Made by a program: the position numbers and the translations under genes
The notes under the pieces: model-generated
Database searches by the model: none
Told to the model about the DNA's origin: nothing
What the model saw: only the letters and a program-made list of their open reading frames with translations
Shown here: in pieces, positions 30,179 to 39,442 of the stretch
Position numbering within the stretch: the first letter of the stretch is position 1
Layout: each line of letters begins with the position of its first letter
DNA from: an uncultured Collinsella sp.
GTDB taxonomy: Bacteria > Actinomycetota > Coriobacteriia > Coriobacteriales > Coriobacteriaceae
Length of the DNA stretch: 57,015 bases
Assembly: GCA_902493615.1 (NCBI GenBank)
Contig: CABUQK010000001.1
Location: 1-57,015, forward strand
Direction of reading: 5' to 3'

Positions 30179-30520
30179 AGCTTCTCCAATCGGTTGATGT
30201 TCGTGCTGTTTGTTGATGTGCTGGTTGTCGTGAGTGATGCGCTTGCCGTGGGTGATGTGCTGACGTTGGGGTGCTATGCGGTTTTCAATGAGCCCGTGAG
30301 GCAGTTGCTGCAGGGGCGGGATGGAACGGCCCATGCAAGGCGGAAGGCATCGTGCTCAAAATCGAGACAGCAATGCCCTGGGTGCCTCACATGTGGCAGT
30401 TACCTCATTAAGTTGTCATTGCGTTTGGGGTTGTACTTTGCCGATTTTCCTTCTCTTACACGCTAAAACTCAAACTTCATATGCTCGATCTACTTAAAAC
30501 CGCAACGGCGGTCTTTTATC

Positions 30521-30549
30521 AACTTATATGTCAGAACGCGTCTTTGCAA
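30521..30549 (-). promoter_or_regulatory. Candidate promoter for the three-gene operon
   Basis: TTGCAA-N17-TAAGTT on the minus strand with upstream A tract. Confidence 0.45.
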
Positions 30550-30667
30550 GTACTTTTTTGCGTTTGTTTCAAATGGGGTGGTTTTGCAACCGTCATGCGC
30601 GCGCTGTGCGAACGTGCCCCGGCTCGGATAAGATAGTGCGCGATAAAAACGATGCAAGGAGGCACAT

Positions 30668-31510
30668 ATGGCAATCAAAGCCATCGCGATGGACATCGAC
30701 GGTACGCTCACCAACGACCAGAAAGTGATTAGCCCGCGTACGCGCGAGAAGCTGCTTGCGGCGCAGGAGTCGGGCATTAAGCTCATTTTGGCTTCGGGCC
30801 GTCCCGCATGGGGGCTGCACGCCTTGGCGCAGGAGCTCGACCTTCAGAGTCATGATGGTTTGCTGGTGGCCTTTAACGGCGCTCACGTCGTCGATGCCCA
30901 GACCGACGAAGTGCTGTTCGATCAGGCTATGCCTGCCGACGAATTGCATCGCCTGATTGATCACCTGCGTAATTTTGACGTGATCCCTATGATTTCGCTC
31001 GGTCGCGATCTGCACGTCGAGGACTCGTACCATTGCATGATCACGCTGCCTGACGGCTCGCAGAAAAACATCGTCAAGTATGAGCGCGACGCGTGCGATC
31101 TTAAGATTCGCGAGGTGGAGAGCCTGCATGAGGTCGCTGATGCTTATCCCGTGGACAAGCTGCTGACGGCGGGCGACCCGGCCTATCTGCAAGCGCATCA
31201 CGAGGAGATGTACGCGCCCTTTACCCAGACGCTTTCGGGTATGTTTACGGCCGACTGGTACTTTGAGTACACGGCGCCCGGTATTGACAAGGCCCGCGCG
31301 CTCGAGGGTGCCCTGCCCAAGCTCGGCATCGATGCCAGCGAGGTCGTCTCGTTTGGCGACGGCCAGAATGACAAGTCTATGATTGAGTGGGCCGGAACCG
31401 GTGTTGCCATGGGCAACGCCGTCGATGAGGTCAAGGCTGTGGCCCAGATGGTGACCGCCAATAATAACGAAGACGGCATTGCGGTGGCGCTGGATAAGCT
31501 GCTGTGTTAG
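30668..31510 (+). CDS. Cof-type HAD-IIB hydrolase
   Basis: DIDGTL, ASGRP, DK, FGDGQND, NNEDG. Confidence 0.93.
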   Translation: MAIKAIAMDIDGTLTNDQKVISPRTREKLLAAQESGIKLILASGRPAWGLHALAQELDLQSHDGLLVAFNGAHVVDAQTDEVLFDQAMPADELHRLIDHLRNFDVIPMISLGRDLHVEDSYHCMITLPDGSQKNIVKYERDACDLKIREVESLHEVADAYPVDKLLTAGDPAYLQAHHEEMYAPFTQTLSGMFTADWYFEYTAPGIDKARALEGALPKLGIDASEVVSFGDGQNDKSMIEWAGTGVAMGNAVDEVKAVAQMVTANNNEDGIAVALDKLLC

Positions 31511-31573
31511 AATCGCCGATAGTGCATGGCTCGGGCGTCCGCTTGCGGGCGCCCTTTTGTTAGGGAGGGTGCC

Positions 31574-32233
31574 GTGTCCGCATTTCCGTTCGACGCCGTT
31601 ATCTTTGACATGGACGGCGTCATTGTCGATACCGAGTATTACTACCTGGGCGAGACTGCCGCGTTTGCCAAGGAGCTTGGGCTTAACCTGACTCAAGAGG
31701 AGTTGAACGGGCAGGTTGGTACCTCGCATCAGTTCTTCCTGCGTATGCTGGTCGATTGGTTTGAGCGCGCCGGGAAGGGGCATTTAACTGGCGAGGAAGC
31801 GTTGATCCGTTGGGACGAGTGGGCGCATAAGCGTCCGCGCGACTATCAGGCTTTGATTAACCCAGGCGCCGTGGATACGATTCGAGAGCTGCCGCGCCGT
31901 GGCGTTCGCGTGGCGCTTGCCAGCTCGTCTCCCATGGATAGCATCGAGGAAGTGCTCAATGCGTGCGGGCTGTCGGATGCCTTTAAGTATGTGGTGAGCG
32001 GCGAGCAGTTTAAGGAGAGCAAGCCCGAGCCCGACATCTACCTGCATGCGCTGGACCTGCTGGGGCTGCCCGCGAATCGCTGCTGCTGCGTTGAGGATTC
32101 GGTGCCTGGCATCACTGCCGGCAAGCGAGCCGGCCTGACAGTTATTGCCAAGCGCGAGGAGCGCTTTGGCTTTAGCCAGGATGCCGCGGACAAGATTATC
32201 GACCAGCTGCCGGAGCTGCTCACGCTTTCTTAG
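31574..32233 (+). CDS. HAD-IA family phosphatase
   Basis: FDMDGVIVDTE, LASSS, KPEPDIY, VEDS..GI. Confidence 0.92.
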   Translation: MSAFPFDAVIFDMDGVIVDTEYYYLGETAAFAKELGLNLTQEELNGQVGTSHQFFLRMLVDWFERAGKGHLTGEEALIRWDEWAHKRPRDYQALINPGAVDTIRELPRRGVRVALASSSPMDSIEEVLNACGLSDAFKYVVSGEQFKESKPEPDIYLHALDLLGLPANRCCCVEDSVPGITAGKRAGLTVIAKREERFGFSQDAADKIIDQLPELLTLS

Positions 32234-32316
32234 GAGCGCGGTAGTTGCGCGTTTTTCGGGTCAGATGAGTAAATACCCGACATTTTGGTGCGGCAGCAAG
32301 CATACTTTATGCTAAT

Positions 32317-32357
32317 GCGGGCTTAAGGGCTTGTTGAATGCCCTTAAGCCCGCTTTT
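32317..32357 (+). terminator. Intrinsic terminator
   Basis: GCGGGCTTAAGGGC/GCCCTTAAGCCCGC plus TTTT. Confidence 0.8.
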
Positions 32358-32383
32358 GACTTAATTGGGCTGGGAGAGGGTAT

Positions 32384-33127
32384 ATGCCACCGACTGAAGG
32401 ACTAACTGACGGTAAAGCAGCGATACCGCTGTACCAACAGGTTATCGATATCATTAAAAACGAAATCAATTCCGGTGCCTACAAGGCGGGCGCGCGGATA
32501 CCCAACGAATTCGAATTGGCTGAGAACTATAAAGTTGGCCGCGTTACCGTGCGACGCGCTATTGAGGAGCTCGTCCAGCAGGGCTATCTAACGAAGCGGC
32601 AGGGGAAAGGCACGTTTGTCAATGCCCCCAAGCTTAAGCGCAAGATTCGCCAGAAGGATGACGTCCAGAGTTTTTCGGACGCATGCCGCGTTAACGGAAT
32701 GGAGCCGGGGGCGTGCGTCATTTCGAGAAAGATACTGCCGGCAGATTCTACCGAAGCGCAGTTCTTTGGTGTTCCCGTTGGAACTGATTTGATTTGCGTT
32801 GAGCGTGTACGTACTGCCGATGGAGTCCCCGTCATGCTCGAGAACAACATATACGTTTACGAGGACAACGCCTATCTATCAACGGCCCCTCTATCTAACC
32901 AATCCATTTTTGAGTTCGTGCGCAACCGAACGGGCCGCACGCCCGCGTTTACCGACCCGTGCACGCTCGAGATCGCGTGCGCGTCGCCCGAGGTCGCTCG
33001 GCTGTTGGCAGTTCCCGTTGGCGAACCCTTGTTTTATATGGAAGCCTTCTTTTTCGATGAGCAGCGGCGGCCGTTTATCATCGGTCGTCAGCGGATCGTT
33101 GGGTCTCGCTACGTTTTTGACATCTAG
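32384..33127 (+). CDS. frlR: GntR/HutC-family regulator with UTRA domain (FrlR-like)
   Basis: PLYQQ, IPNEFEL, TVRRA, GKGTFV; adjacent to frl genes. Confidence 0.8.
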   Translation: MPPTEGLTDGKAAIPLYQQVIDIIKNEINSGAYKAGARIPNEFELAENYKVGRVTVRRAIEELVQQGYLTKRQGKGTFVNAPKLKRKIRQKDDVQSFSDACRVNGMEPGACVISRKILPADSTEAQFFGVPVGTDLICVERVRTADGVPVMLENNIYVYEDNAYLSTAPLSNQSIFEFVRNRTGRTPAFTDPCTLEIACASPEVARLLAVPVGEPLFYMEAFFFDEQRRPFIIGRQRIVGSRYVFDI

Positions 33128-33237
33128 GACATTGCGAATGGAAACGCCCGGTGGATCATCTCACCGGGCGTTTCCATACCGTTCACGGCGCGAACACAAC
33201 CGTTCAACCGCGTTGCGGCAACCAGTTTGAAATTATC

Positions 33238-33285
33238 TTGATGAAGGAAAAAGCTGCTGGTAATCTATGGGACGTCATAGAACGT
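33238..33285 (+). promoter_or_regulatory. frl operon promoter with overlapping HutC-type operator
   Basis: TTGATG-N17-TAATCT with extended TG; ACGTCATAGAACGT at 33272-33285 contains GT-N2-TA-N2-AC. Confidence 0.65.
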
Positions 33286-33345
33286 TTGCCTTATGCAAAC
33301 GTTGAAGCGAGATGCGATGCAGTCTCGAGTTCTTTGGAGGTATCT

Positions 33346-34809
33346 ATGTCAGATACGAAGGCGAAGAAGACAAACAGACGTTTTAAGTTCAAATTACCGC
33401 ATGTCTATACGATCATGTTCTTGCTGATCGTTGTCTTTGCGGTCCTGACTTGGATCGTTCCCTCTGGTCAGTATCAGCGCAAGACGATTTCAACAGCGGC
33501 GGGCGAGCGTGAAGTCGCCGTTGCTGGAACCTATGAACAGGTCGATAAGAACTACACCGATTCCGAGACCGGCGAGACCATCAATCTGGGCCAGGATATC
33601 TTCGCGGTTCTGCAAGCGCCCACCAAGGGTATCCAAGAGGCTGCCGACGTCGTTGCGTTCGTCTTATTGATTGGCGGATCGTTCGCGATCATCACCAAGA
33701 CCAACGCTTTGAATGCCGGCATGAGCCGTGTGATTAAAAAGCTCAAGAACAAGGACATCCTCATCATTCCCATCACGATGACATTGCTGTCCATTTGCGG
33801 CACTACGTTTGGCATGTCTGAGGAAGCCCTGCCGTTCTATGCCATCTTCATTCCCATCATGATGGGTATCGGTTATGACTCGATGACGGCATTCATCATC
33901 TGCTTCCTTGGTCCTAACCTGGGATATTGTGCTTCGACCATCGACCCGTTTAATGTTTTGATCGCCCAAGGCATCATTGGCATCGAGGGTAATCCGCAAC
34001 TGTGGCTGCGCGCCGTTTCTTGGGTCATCTTCACTGCCGTCGGTATCGCATGGGCCATGCGCTACGCCATGCGCGTCAAGAAAAACCCCGAGTCGTCCAT
34101 TGTGTACGAGGACGATAAGCTCAAGCGTATTGAGTTTTCCGTGACCGATGCCTCCATCGAGGAAGAGTTCACTATCCGTCAGAAGCTCGTGCTTATCGAT
34201 TTTGCTTGCGGTATGGGCATTATCGTCTGGGGTCTTGTTACCCAGGGCTGGTACATGAATCAGATTTCCGCCGTGTTCCTTGGCATGGGCTTGCTTGCCG
34301 GTATCCTGGGCGGCCTTGACCAGCAGACGATCGCAGAGGAGTTCGTTAAGGGTCTCGCCGACTTTGCGTACGCTGCCGTCGTTATCGGTATCGCTCGCGG
34401 TATTCTGGTCATCGCCGAGGGCGGCATGATCATCGACACCATCCTCCAGGCGCTTGCTACCGCGCTCGCCGGTGCACCTGCCGCCGTCTACACCACGTTT
34501 ATGTATGTCGTCCTTGGCCTGCTCTCTTTGCTGGTTCCCTCGAGTTCTGGCCTGGCGGCGCTCGCCATGCCCGTTATGGGCCCCCTGACCGAGCTCATGG
34601 GCCTCAATCCCGAGGCGGCCGTCACCGCGCTCCAGTTTGCCAACCAGACCATCAACACCATCAGCCCCGTGGCGGGTATGACGGTCGCCGGCCTTGCCGT
34701 GGCTAAGATTTCGTTTGGCCAATGGTGGAAGACCATTTGGAAGTTCTTCATCTTCATGGTCGTGTTTGGCTTGGTCATTACTGCCATTTCCGGCATGCTT
34801 CCGGCGTAG
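33346..34809 (+). CDS. YfcC/DcuC-like membrane transporter (probable fructoselysine uptake)
   Basis: PHVY, TWIVPSGQY, GMSEE, PSSSGLA; many TM helices; first gene of frl operon. Confidence 0.88.
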   Translation: MSDTKAKKTNRRFKFKLPHVYTIMFLLIVVFAVLTWIVPSGQYQRKTISTAAGEREVAVAGTYEQVDKNYTDSETGETINLGQDIFAVLQAPTKGIQEAADVVAFVLLIGGSFAIITKTNALNAGMSRVIKKLKNKDILIIPITMTLLSICGTTFGMSEEALPFYAIFIPIMMGIGYDSMTAFIICFLGPNLGYCASTIDPFNVLIAQGIIGIEGNPQLWLRAVSWVIFTAVGIAWAMRYAMRVKKNPESSIVYEDDKLKRIEFSVTDASIEEEFTIRQKLVLIDFACGMGIIVWGLVTQGWYMNQISAVFLGMGLLAGILGGLDQQTIAEEFVKGLADFAYAAVVIGIARGILVIAEGGMIIDTILQALATALAGAPAAVYTTFMYVVLGLLSLLVPSSSGLAALAMPVMGPLTELMGLNPEAAVTALQFANQTINTISPVAGMTVAGLAVAKISFGQWWKTIWKFFIFMVVFGLVITAISGMLPA

Positions 34810-34818
34810 GTGGTTGTG

Positions 34819-36402
34819 ATGTCTGATCGTTTGACGGTCCTGACGTCTAAGAGCGTCTTTACCGGTACGGGGGACCTGCCGTTTGAAGGCTTCGTAGCGG
34901 TCCGTGGCAATCGAATTGAGGCTGTTGGCACCAAGTGTGAGCTAGCTTCGTATTTGACCCAGGCGGACGAGGTAGTTGACCTGGGCGACCGCACCGTCAT
35001 GCCTGGCCTGATCGATGTGCATACCTTCTATACAGGCTGGGCGCTGCGGACGTTGGGGCCTGATCTGTCCGGCATCGCTGATGCCAAAGAGGCCGTGTCG
35101 CTCTTGCGTGCATGGAAAGAAGATCGTCCGGATTGCGCGGCGGCTTTTGGCCACAACCTACCCGAAACGTTGGCATCGGATGCCGAGAACGCAAATACAG
35201 CAGCTGTGTTTGACGAGTGTTTTGGCGATATCCCCGTCGTCTGCTTTACACCGGGCGCGGATACCTGTGTTCTCAATGCTGCCGCCAGTGCGCGATACGG
35301 CTTCACACCCCAGGCGTGCTATGCCGAGAAGATCTGGCGCATGATGAGCGATTTCCTCGCGCTGCCCGAGGTGCGTGCAGGGTATTCGGACTACATGAGC
35401 ATGCTTAACGAACGCGGCGTTACCGCCATCAAGGAGATGGCGTTTGATGACTACTACGGCTTTGCCGACGAAATGGCTCGCCGTGAGGAATCTGGTGAGC
35501 TGACGGTTCGCGTCTCTATGATGTCGCAGCCGGTGGGTGCCGGTGCAAATCTGGCATATGCCCGCGAGGCACGAGAGCGCTTCCGGGGACCGTTCGTTCG
35601 TTTTTCTGGCTTCAACCGTATGACCGATCGCGGCGTATGGGCGGGGCTTGCCGAGATGATTGACCCCTATGCGGACTCGGCCGATGCGGGCGCTGCCGGC
35701 AAGACGGTCGTCGAGGAGCCAGAGTGGGATCTGATTGAGAACGAGCTGCGTGCAATTGATGCTGACGGCTTCCGATATTCCTTGCATTGCCAGGGCGATG
35801 GCGCCGTTCGTCGCACCGTGGCGCTCTATGCCTCGCTGCCTCGAGACGAGCATGGACGGATGCTTCGCCGCCATGCGATTACCGATCTCGAGAACTCTGA
35901 CCCGACCGATCTTGTCGAGTTTGGCAAGTTAGGTGGAATTTGCGAGGTCTATCCGCAGATTCTGACGCTGGACCGGCGCGAGGATTGCCTGTCGATGATG
36001 CGTCGACAAATTGGCGAGACGCGACTTTTGCACAGCTGGAATCGCCGCGGCATGGAAGATTCCGGATGCACGGTGTGCTGCGGCACGGATCTGCCGCTGC
36101 TGATTCCGAGCCTGGGCGAGTCAATCTACAGCGCGTGCGGCGGATTCTTCGCCGACGGACTGCCCGTGAATGAGGTCAACACGCTGACGCTTGTCGAGCT
36201 CTTGCGCGCTTGGACTGCCGGGGGCGCGTACGACCTGATGCGCGAAGACGAGCTGGGTACGCTTGAGGTTGGCAAGCTTGCCGATATCTGCGTGCTCGAT
36301 CGGGATGTGTTCGACCTCGATTATCGCGACGCACGTGATCTTGCGGTTGACATGACGATGTCGGACGGACAAATCGTGTTCGATCGAAATAAGGAGGCAT
36401 AA
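34819..36402 (+). CDS. YtcJ-like amidohydrolase (amidohydrolase_3)
   Basis: DLGDRTVMPGLIDVHTF, HCQGD, GTD.P, GTLEVGKLAD. Confidence 0.85.
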   Translation: MSDRLTVLTSKSVFTGTGDLPFEGFVAVRGNRIEAVGTKCELASYLTQADEVVDLGDRTVMPGLIDVHTFYTGWALRTLGPDLSGIADAKEAVSLLRAWKEDRPDCAAAFGHNLPETLASDAENANTAAVFDECFGDIPVVCFTPGADTCVLNAAASARYGFTPQACYAEKIWRMMSDFLALPEVRAGYSDYMSMLNERGVTAIKEMAFDDYYGFADEMARREESGELTVRVSMMSQPVGAGANLAYAREARERFRGPFVRFSGFNRMTDRGVWAGLAEMIDPYADSADAGAAGKTVVEEPEWDLIENELRAIDADGFRYSLHCQGDGAVRRTVALYASLPRDEHGRMLRRHAITDLENSDPTDLVEFGKLGGICEVYPQILTLDRREDCLSMMRRQIGETRLLHSWNRRGMEDSGCTVCCGTDLPLLIPSLGESIYSACGGFFADGLPVNEVNTLTLVELLRAWTAGGAYDLMREDELGTLEVGKLADICVLDRDVFDLDYRDARDLAVDMTMSDGQIVFDRNKEA

Positions 36403-36403
36403 G

Positions 36404-37255
36404 ATGCCTGAATCCAAACCGACGCTGCGCCGCGAGCAGATTGCGGGCATGAATATCCACTACATCATGTGGTCGCTCGATTACTTCCTTGATGTGCAGC
36501 AGCGTTTGGGCTTTGAGTCCATTGAGCTGTGGTGTGCGGAGCCGCATGTGACGCTCGACCACACGGGCTACTTTGAAGCTGAGGTCCTGGCGAAAAAGGC
36601 TGCAGACCGTGGGCTTAGGTATCGTACTCTGTGTCCCGAGAATGTTGTCTATCCTTGGCAGTACTGCGCACGCAAACCGCTGCATGAACAGCGCAGCTTG
36701 GCGTACTTTAAGCACGGCATTGAGCTTGCCGAGGTACTTGGGTGCGACCGCATGTCCATCAACTCGGGCTGGGGCGACTGGGACGAGGACCGCGAGGAAG
36801 CCTGGAAGCGCAGCCGCGAGCACTTGTCCATTCTGGCGGAGTATGCCGGCGAGCACGGTCTGGTGCTTACGATGGAAAGCCTGCGTCCCGAGGAGAGCAA
36901 CCTTGTGACGACGGTTTCCGATGCGAAGCGCATGATTGACGAGGTCGCGAGCCCGTACTTACAGCCCATGGTTGATACAACCGCGATGGGCGTTGCAGGC
37001 GAGACGCTCGAGGACTGGTTTGCCGCCTTTGGTGATGGGGCAATTCACGAGATGCACTTTATCGACGGTGACCCGTATGGCCATCTGGTGTGGGGCGATG
37101 GCAAGCACGATATGGACGCCTTCGTCGCCACGCTCAACGCCCATGGTTTCGACGGCATGCTGGGCCAGGAAATCACGGACGGTCGTTACTACGATGATCC
37201 GGCGGCGGCAGATGCCAAGAACATGGCCGCATTCGAGAAATATCTGATTGACTAA
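36404..37255 (+). CDS. frlC: Fructoselysine 3-epimerase-like TIM-barrel protein
   Basis: IELW..EPH, MESLRPEESN, MVDT, HFIDG...HLVWGDG. Confidence 0.8.
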   Translation: MPESKPTLRREQIAGMNIHYIMWSLDYFLDVQQRLGFESIELWCAEPHVTLDHTGYFEAEVLAKKAADRGLRYRTLCPENVVYPWQYCARKPLHEQRSLAYFKHGIELAEVLGCDRMSINSGWGDWDEDREEAWKRSREHLSILAEYAGEHGLVLTMESLRPEESNLVTTVSDAKRMIDEVASPYLQPMVDTTAMGVAGETLEDWFAAFGDGAIHEMHFIDGDPYGHLVWGDGKHDMDAFVATLNAHGFDGMLGQEITDGRYYDDPAAADAKNMAAFEKYLID

Positions 37256-37317
37256 AACAACCATCGGCCACGCAACCAACGTCATTGATTGCGGGCCAAA
37301 CAAGAAAGGAACTGGAT

Positions 37318-38286
37318 ATGAACGCACACGATCTGATCAAAGAGGCAATTGCCGAGAAGGGCAAGTTCGACAGCGTCTACTGGATTGCTTGCGGTGGCTC
37401 CATGATCGATTTGATCCCGGCTCATGAGCTTCTGCAGCGCGAGGCAACCACCTTCACTTCGTATATCTATACGGCTCGCGAGTTCGATATCATGCGTCCG
37501 CGTCGTCTGGGCGAGAAGTCCCTGGTCATCGCTTGTAGCCACAGCGGCAACACCCCCGAGGTCGTCGAGGGCTGCGAGATTGCCCTTGCTGCCGGCGCTA
37601 CGGTGATCGCCCAGACCGACAACGCTGGATCCAAGATTGACTCCGGCAAGTGGACCACGTGGGTCTACCCGTGGGGCGAGGGCGTGCCGCAGGCCGAGGT
37701 CCCCGCTGGCATTTCGCTGTCGCTTGCGGCCGAGCTGCTCGATCAGCAGGAGGGCTACGCCGATCTTGCCGATATGTATGCCGGTATCGCCGAGATGGAT
37801 AAGATTCTTCCCCCGGCACGCGAGAAGGTAAATGCCGAGCTGGGCGATCGTTTTGCCAAGCTTTGCCAGGAGCACGAGTTCTTCTACATTCTGGGCAGCG
37901 GTCCCAACTTTAGCCAGACCTACGGTTTCGCTATCTGCTCTCTTATGGAGATGCAGTGGCAGCACTGCAGCTACATCCACTCTGCCGAGTACTTCCATGG
38001 CCCCTTCGAGGCTACTCAGGATGGCGTTTTTTACTTCCTGCAGATGGGCTCCAGCGAGTGCCGTGCCATGGACGAGCGCGCCCTGGCGTTCCTTAAGACG
38101 CATACCGATACGCTGATGGTGCTCGATGCCAAGGAGTACGGTATGGAAGCCGTGCCGGCGAGCGTCCGTGCCTATCTGGACCCGGTGCTGTTCTACGCCA
38201 TGAACTGCGAGCTGCGTGCTGCACGCGGCAAGGTGTTTGATCACGATCCCGATTTCCGTCGCTATATGGGTGTTGTCGAGTACTAG
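37318..38286 (+). CDS. frlB: Fructoselysine-6-phosphate deglycase (SIS domain)
   Basis: ACGGS, SHSGNTPE, ICSLMEMQW, EYFHGPFE, RRYM. Confidence 0.92.
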   Translation: MNAHDLIKEAIAEKGKFDSVYWIACGGSMIDLIPAHELLQREATTFTSYIYTAREFDIMRPRRLGEKSLVIACSHSGNTPEVVEGCEIALAAGATVIAQTDNAGSKIDSGKWTTWVYPWGEGVPQAEVPAGISLSLAAELLDQQEGYADLADMYAGIAEMDKILPPAREKVNAELGDRFAKLCQEHEFFYILGSGPNFSQTYGFAICSLMEMQWQHCSYIHSAEYFHGPFEATQDGVFYFLQMGSSECRAMDERALAFLKTHTDTLMVLDAKEYGMEAVPASVRAYLDPVLFYAMNCELRAARGKVFDHDPDFRRYMGVVEY

Positions 38287-38300
38287 AAGGGGCAAAGGCC

Positions 38301-39164
38301 ATGGCATTTAACGTTAACGCGCTCGGATTTGGCGACAACGTCGTCGATCGCTACGAGCATATCCACACCATGTATCCCGGCGGCAATGCGGTGAACTTCG
38401 CCGTGTATGCCAAGAAGTGCGGCGCCGCGCGCTCCGCGTATATGGGCATCTTTGGTAATGACGCTGCTGCTGAGCATGTGATTGCGAGTCTTGAGGATGA
38501 GGACGTTGAGCTTGCCAAGTGCAAGCAGCTCATCGGCGAGAACGGTGCGGCACGCGTGACCGTCGTTAACGGCGACCGTGTTTTCCTTGGCTCCAATGAG
38601 GGCGGCATCCGTGGTGATGCGCGCTATGTGCTCGATCGCTTTGACCTTGCGTACGTGAAGCAGTTCGACGTAGTCCACTCGGGCAACTATTGCTTTACCG
38701 AGCGTGAACTTCCCAAGTTGAAGGCCGCGGGCATCACGGTTTCGTTTGACTTCTCGGACGATTCGACCGACGAGTACTACGAGCAGATTGCTCCCTACGT
38801 TGACTTCGCGTTCTTTAGCGCGGCAGACGCCGCGAGTGAGGATGAGATTCGCGAGCGTCTGGCATGGGTGAGGAGCCTAGGTCCGCGTTTCGTATCGGCA
38901 ACGGCTGGCGCTGAGGGCTGCATTGCCTATGATGGCGATCGTTATTACCGCCAACTGGCTAAGCCGGTAACGGATATGAAGGACACCATGGGTGCGGGCG
39001 ACTCATTCCTGACTTCGTTCCTGATGTGTTATCTCGATTCCGTCAAGCGTGGCGAGGATGGTGCCGAGGCCATCGAGCGTGCACTCGACTTTGCGGCGGG
39101 GTTTGCTTCGACCGTATGCGGCATGGAAGGCTCCTGGGGCCATGGAGTGCCGATTTCCGAATAG
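38301..39164 (+). CDS. frlD: Fructoselysine 6-kinase (PfkB family)
   Basis: GDNVVD.Y, YPGGNAVN, GDRVF, SFDFS, DTMGAGDSF. Confidence 0.92.
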   Translation: MAFNVNALGFGDNVVDRYEHIHTMYPGGNAVNFAVYAKKCGAARSAYMGIFGNDAAAEHVIASLEDEDVELAKCKQLIGENGAARVTVVNGDRVFLGSNEGGIRGDARYVLDRFDLAYVKQFDVVHSGNYCFTERELPKLKAAGITVSFDFSDDSTDEYYEQIAPYVDFAFFSAADAASEDEIRERLAWVRSLGPRFVSATAGAEGCIAYDGDRYYRQLAKPVTDMKDTMGAGDSFLTSFLMCYLDSVKRGEDGAEAIERALDFAAGFASTVCGMEGSWGHGVPISE

Positions 39165-39208
39165 GTGAGCAGTCCCGGGGAGTCGAATTGTCGCCCCCCG
39201 GGACTCCA

Positions 39209-39436
39209 TGGACAAAAAATGCTAAATATGAGTACTGTCACTAATTTAGTAACAGCGAAATTAAGCTATTGAGGGCCTAGTTGGGTGTCTGCGAGTGATT
39301 AAAACCTGCTAAAAATGACTTTAACCACCTTAAAGTGCCTTGATAATGGATAGCTGTACATTATCAAGGCACTATTTTGCCGTAAAATAATGTGACTGGA
39401 TTTGCAACAGTACTCATATTTGGCATTTTTTGCCCA
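39209..39436. mobile_element. MITE-like AT-rich element with ~46-bp imperfect terminal inverted repeats
   Basis: TGGACAAAAAATGCTAAATATGAGTACTGT... versus ...ACAGTACTCATATTTGGCATTTTTTGCCCA; internal palindrome AGTGCCTTGATAATG/CATTATCAAGGCACT. Confidence 0.6.
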
Positions 39437-39442
39437 CCGGGG

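Noticed and set aside
27310..30600. Integrative conjugative element or prophage suggested by VirD4-like and ClpP-like genes
   Set aside because: No integrase, relaxase, T4SS, portal, terminase or capsid genes and no att-like direct repeats seen.
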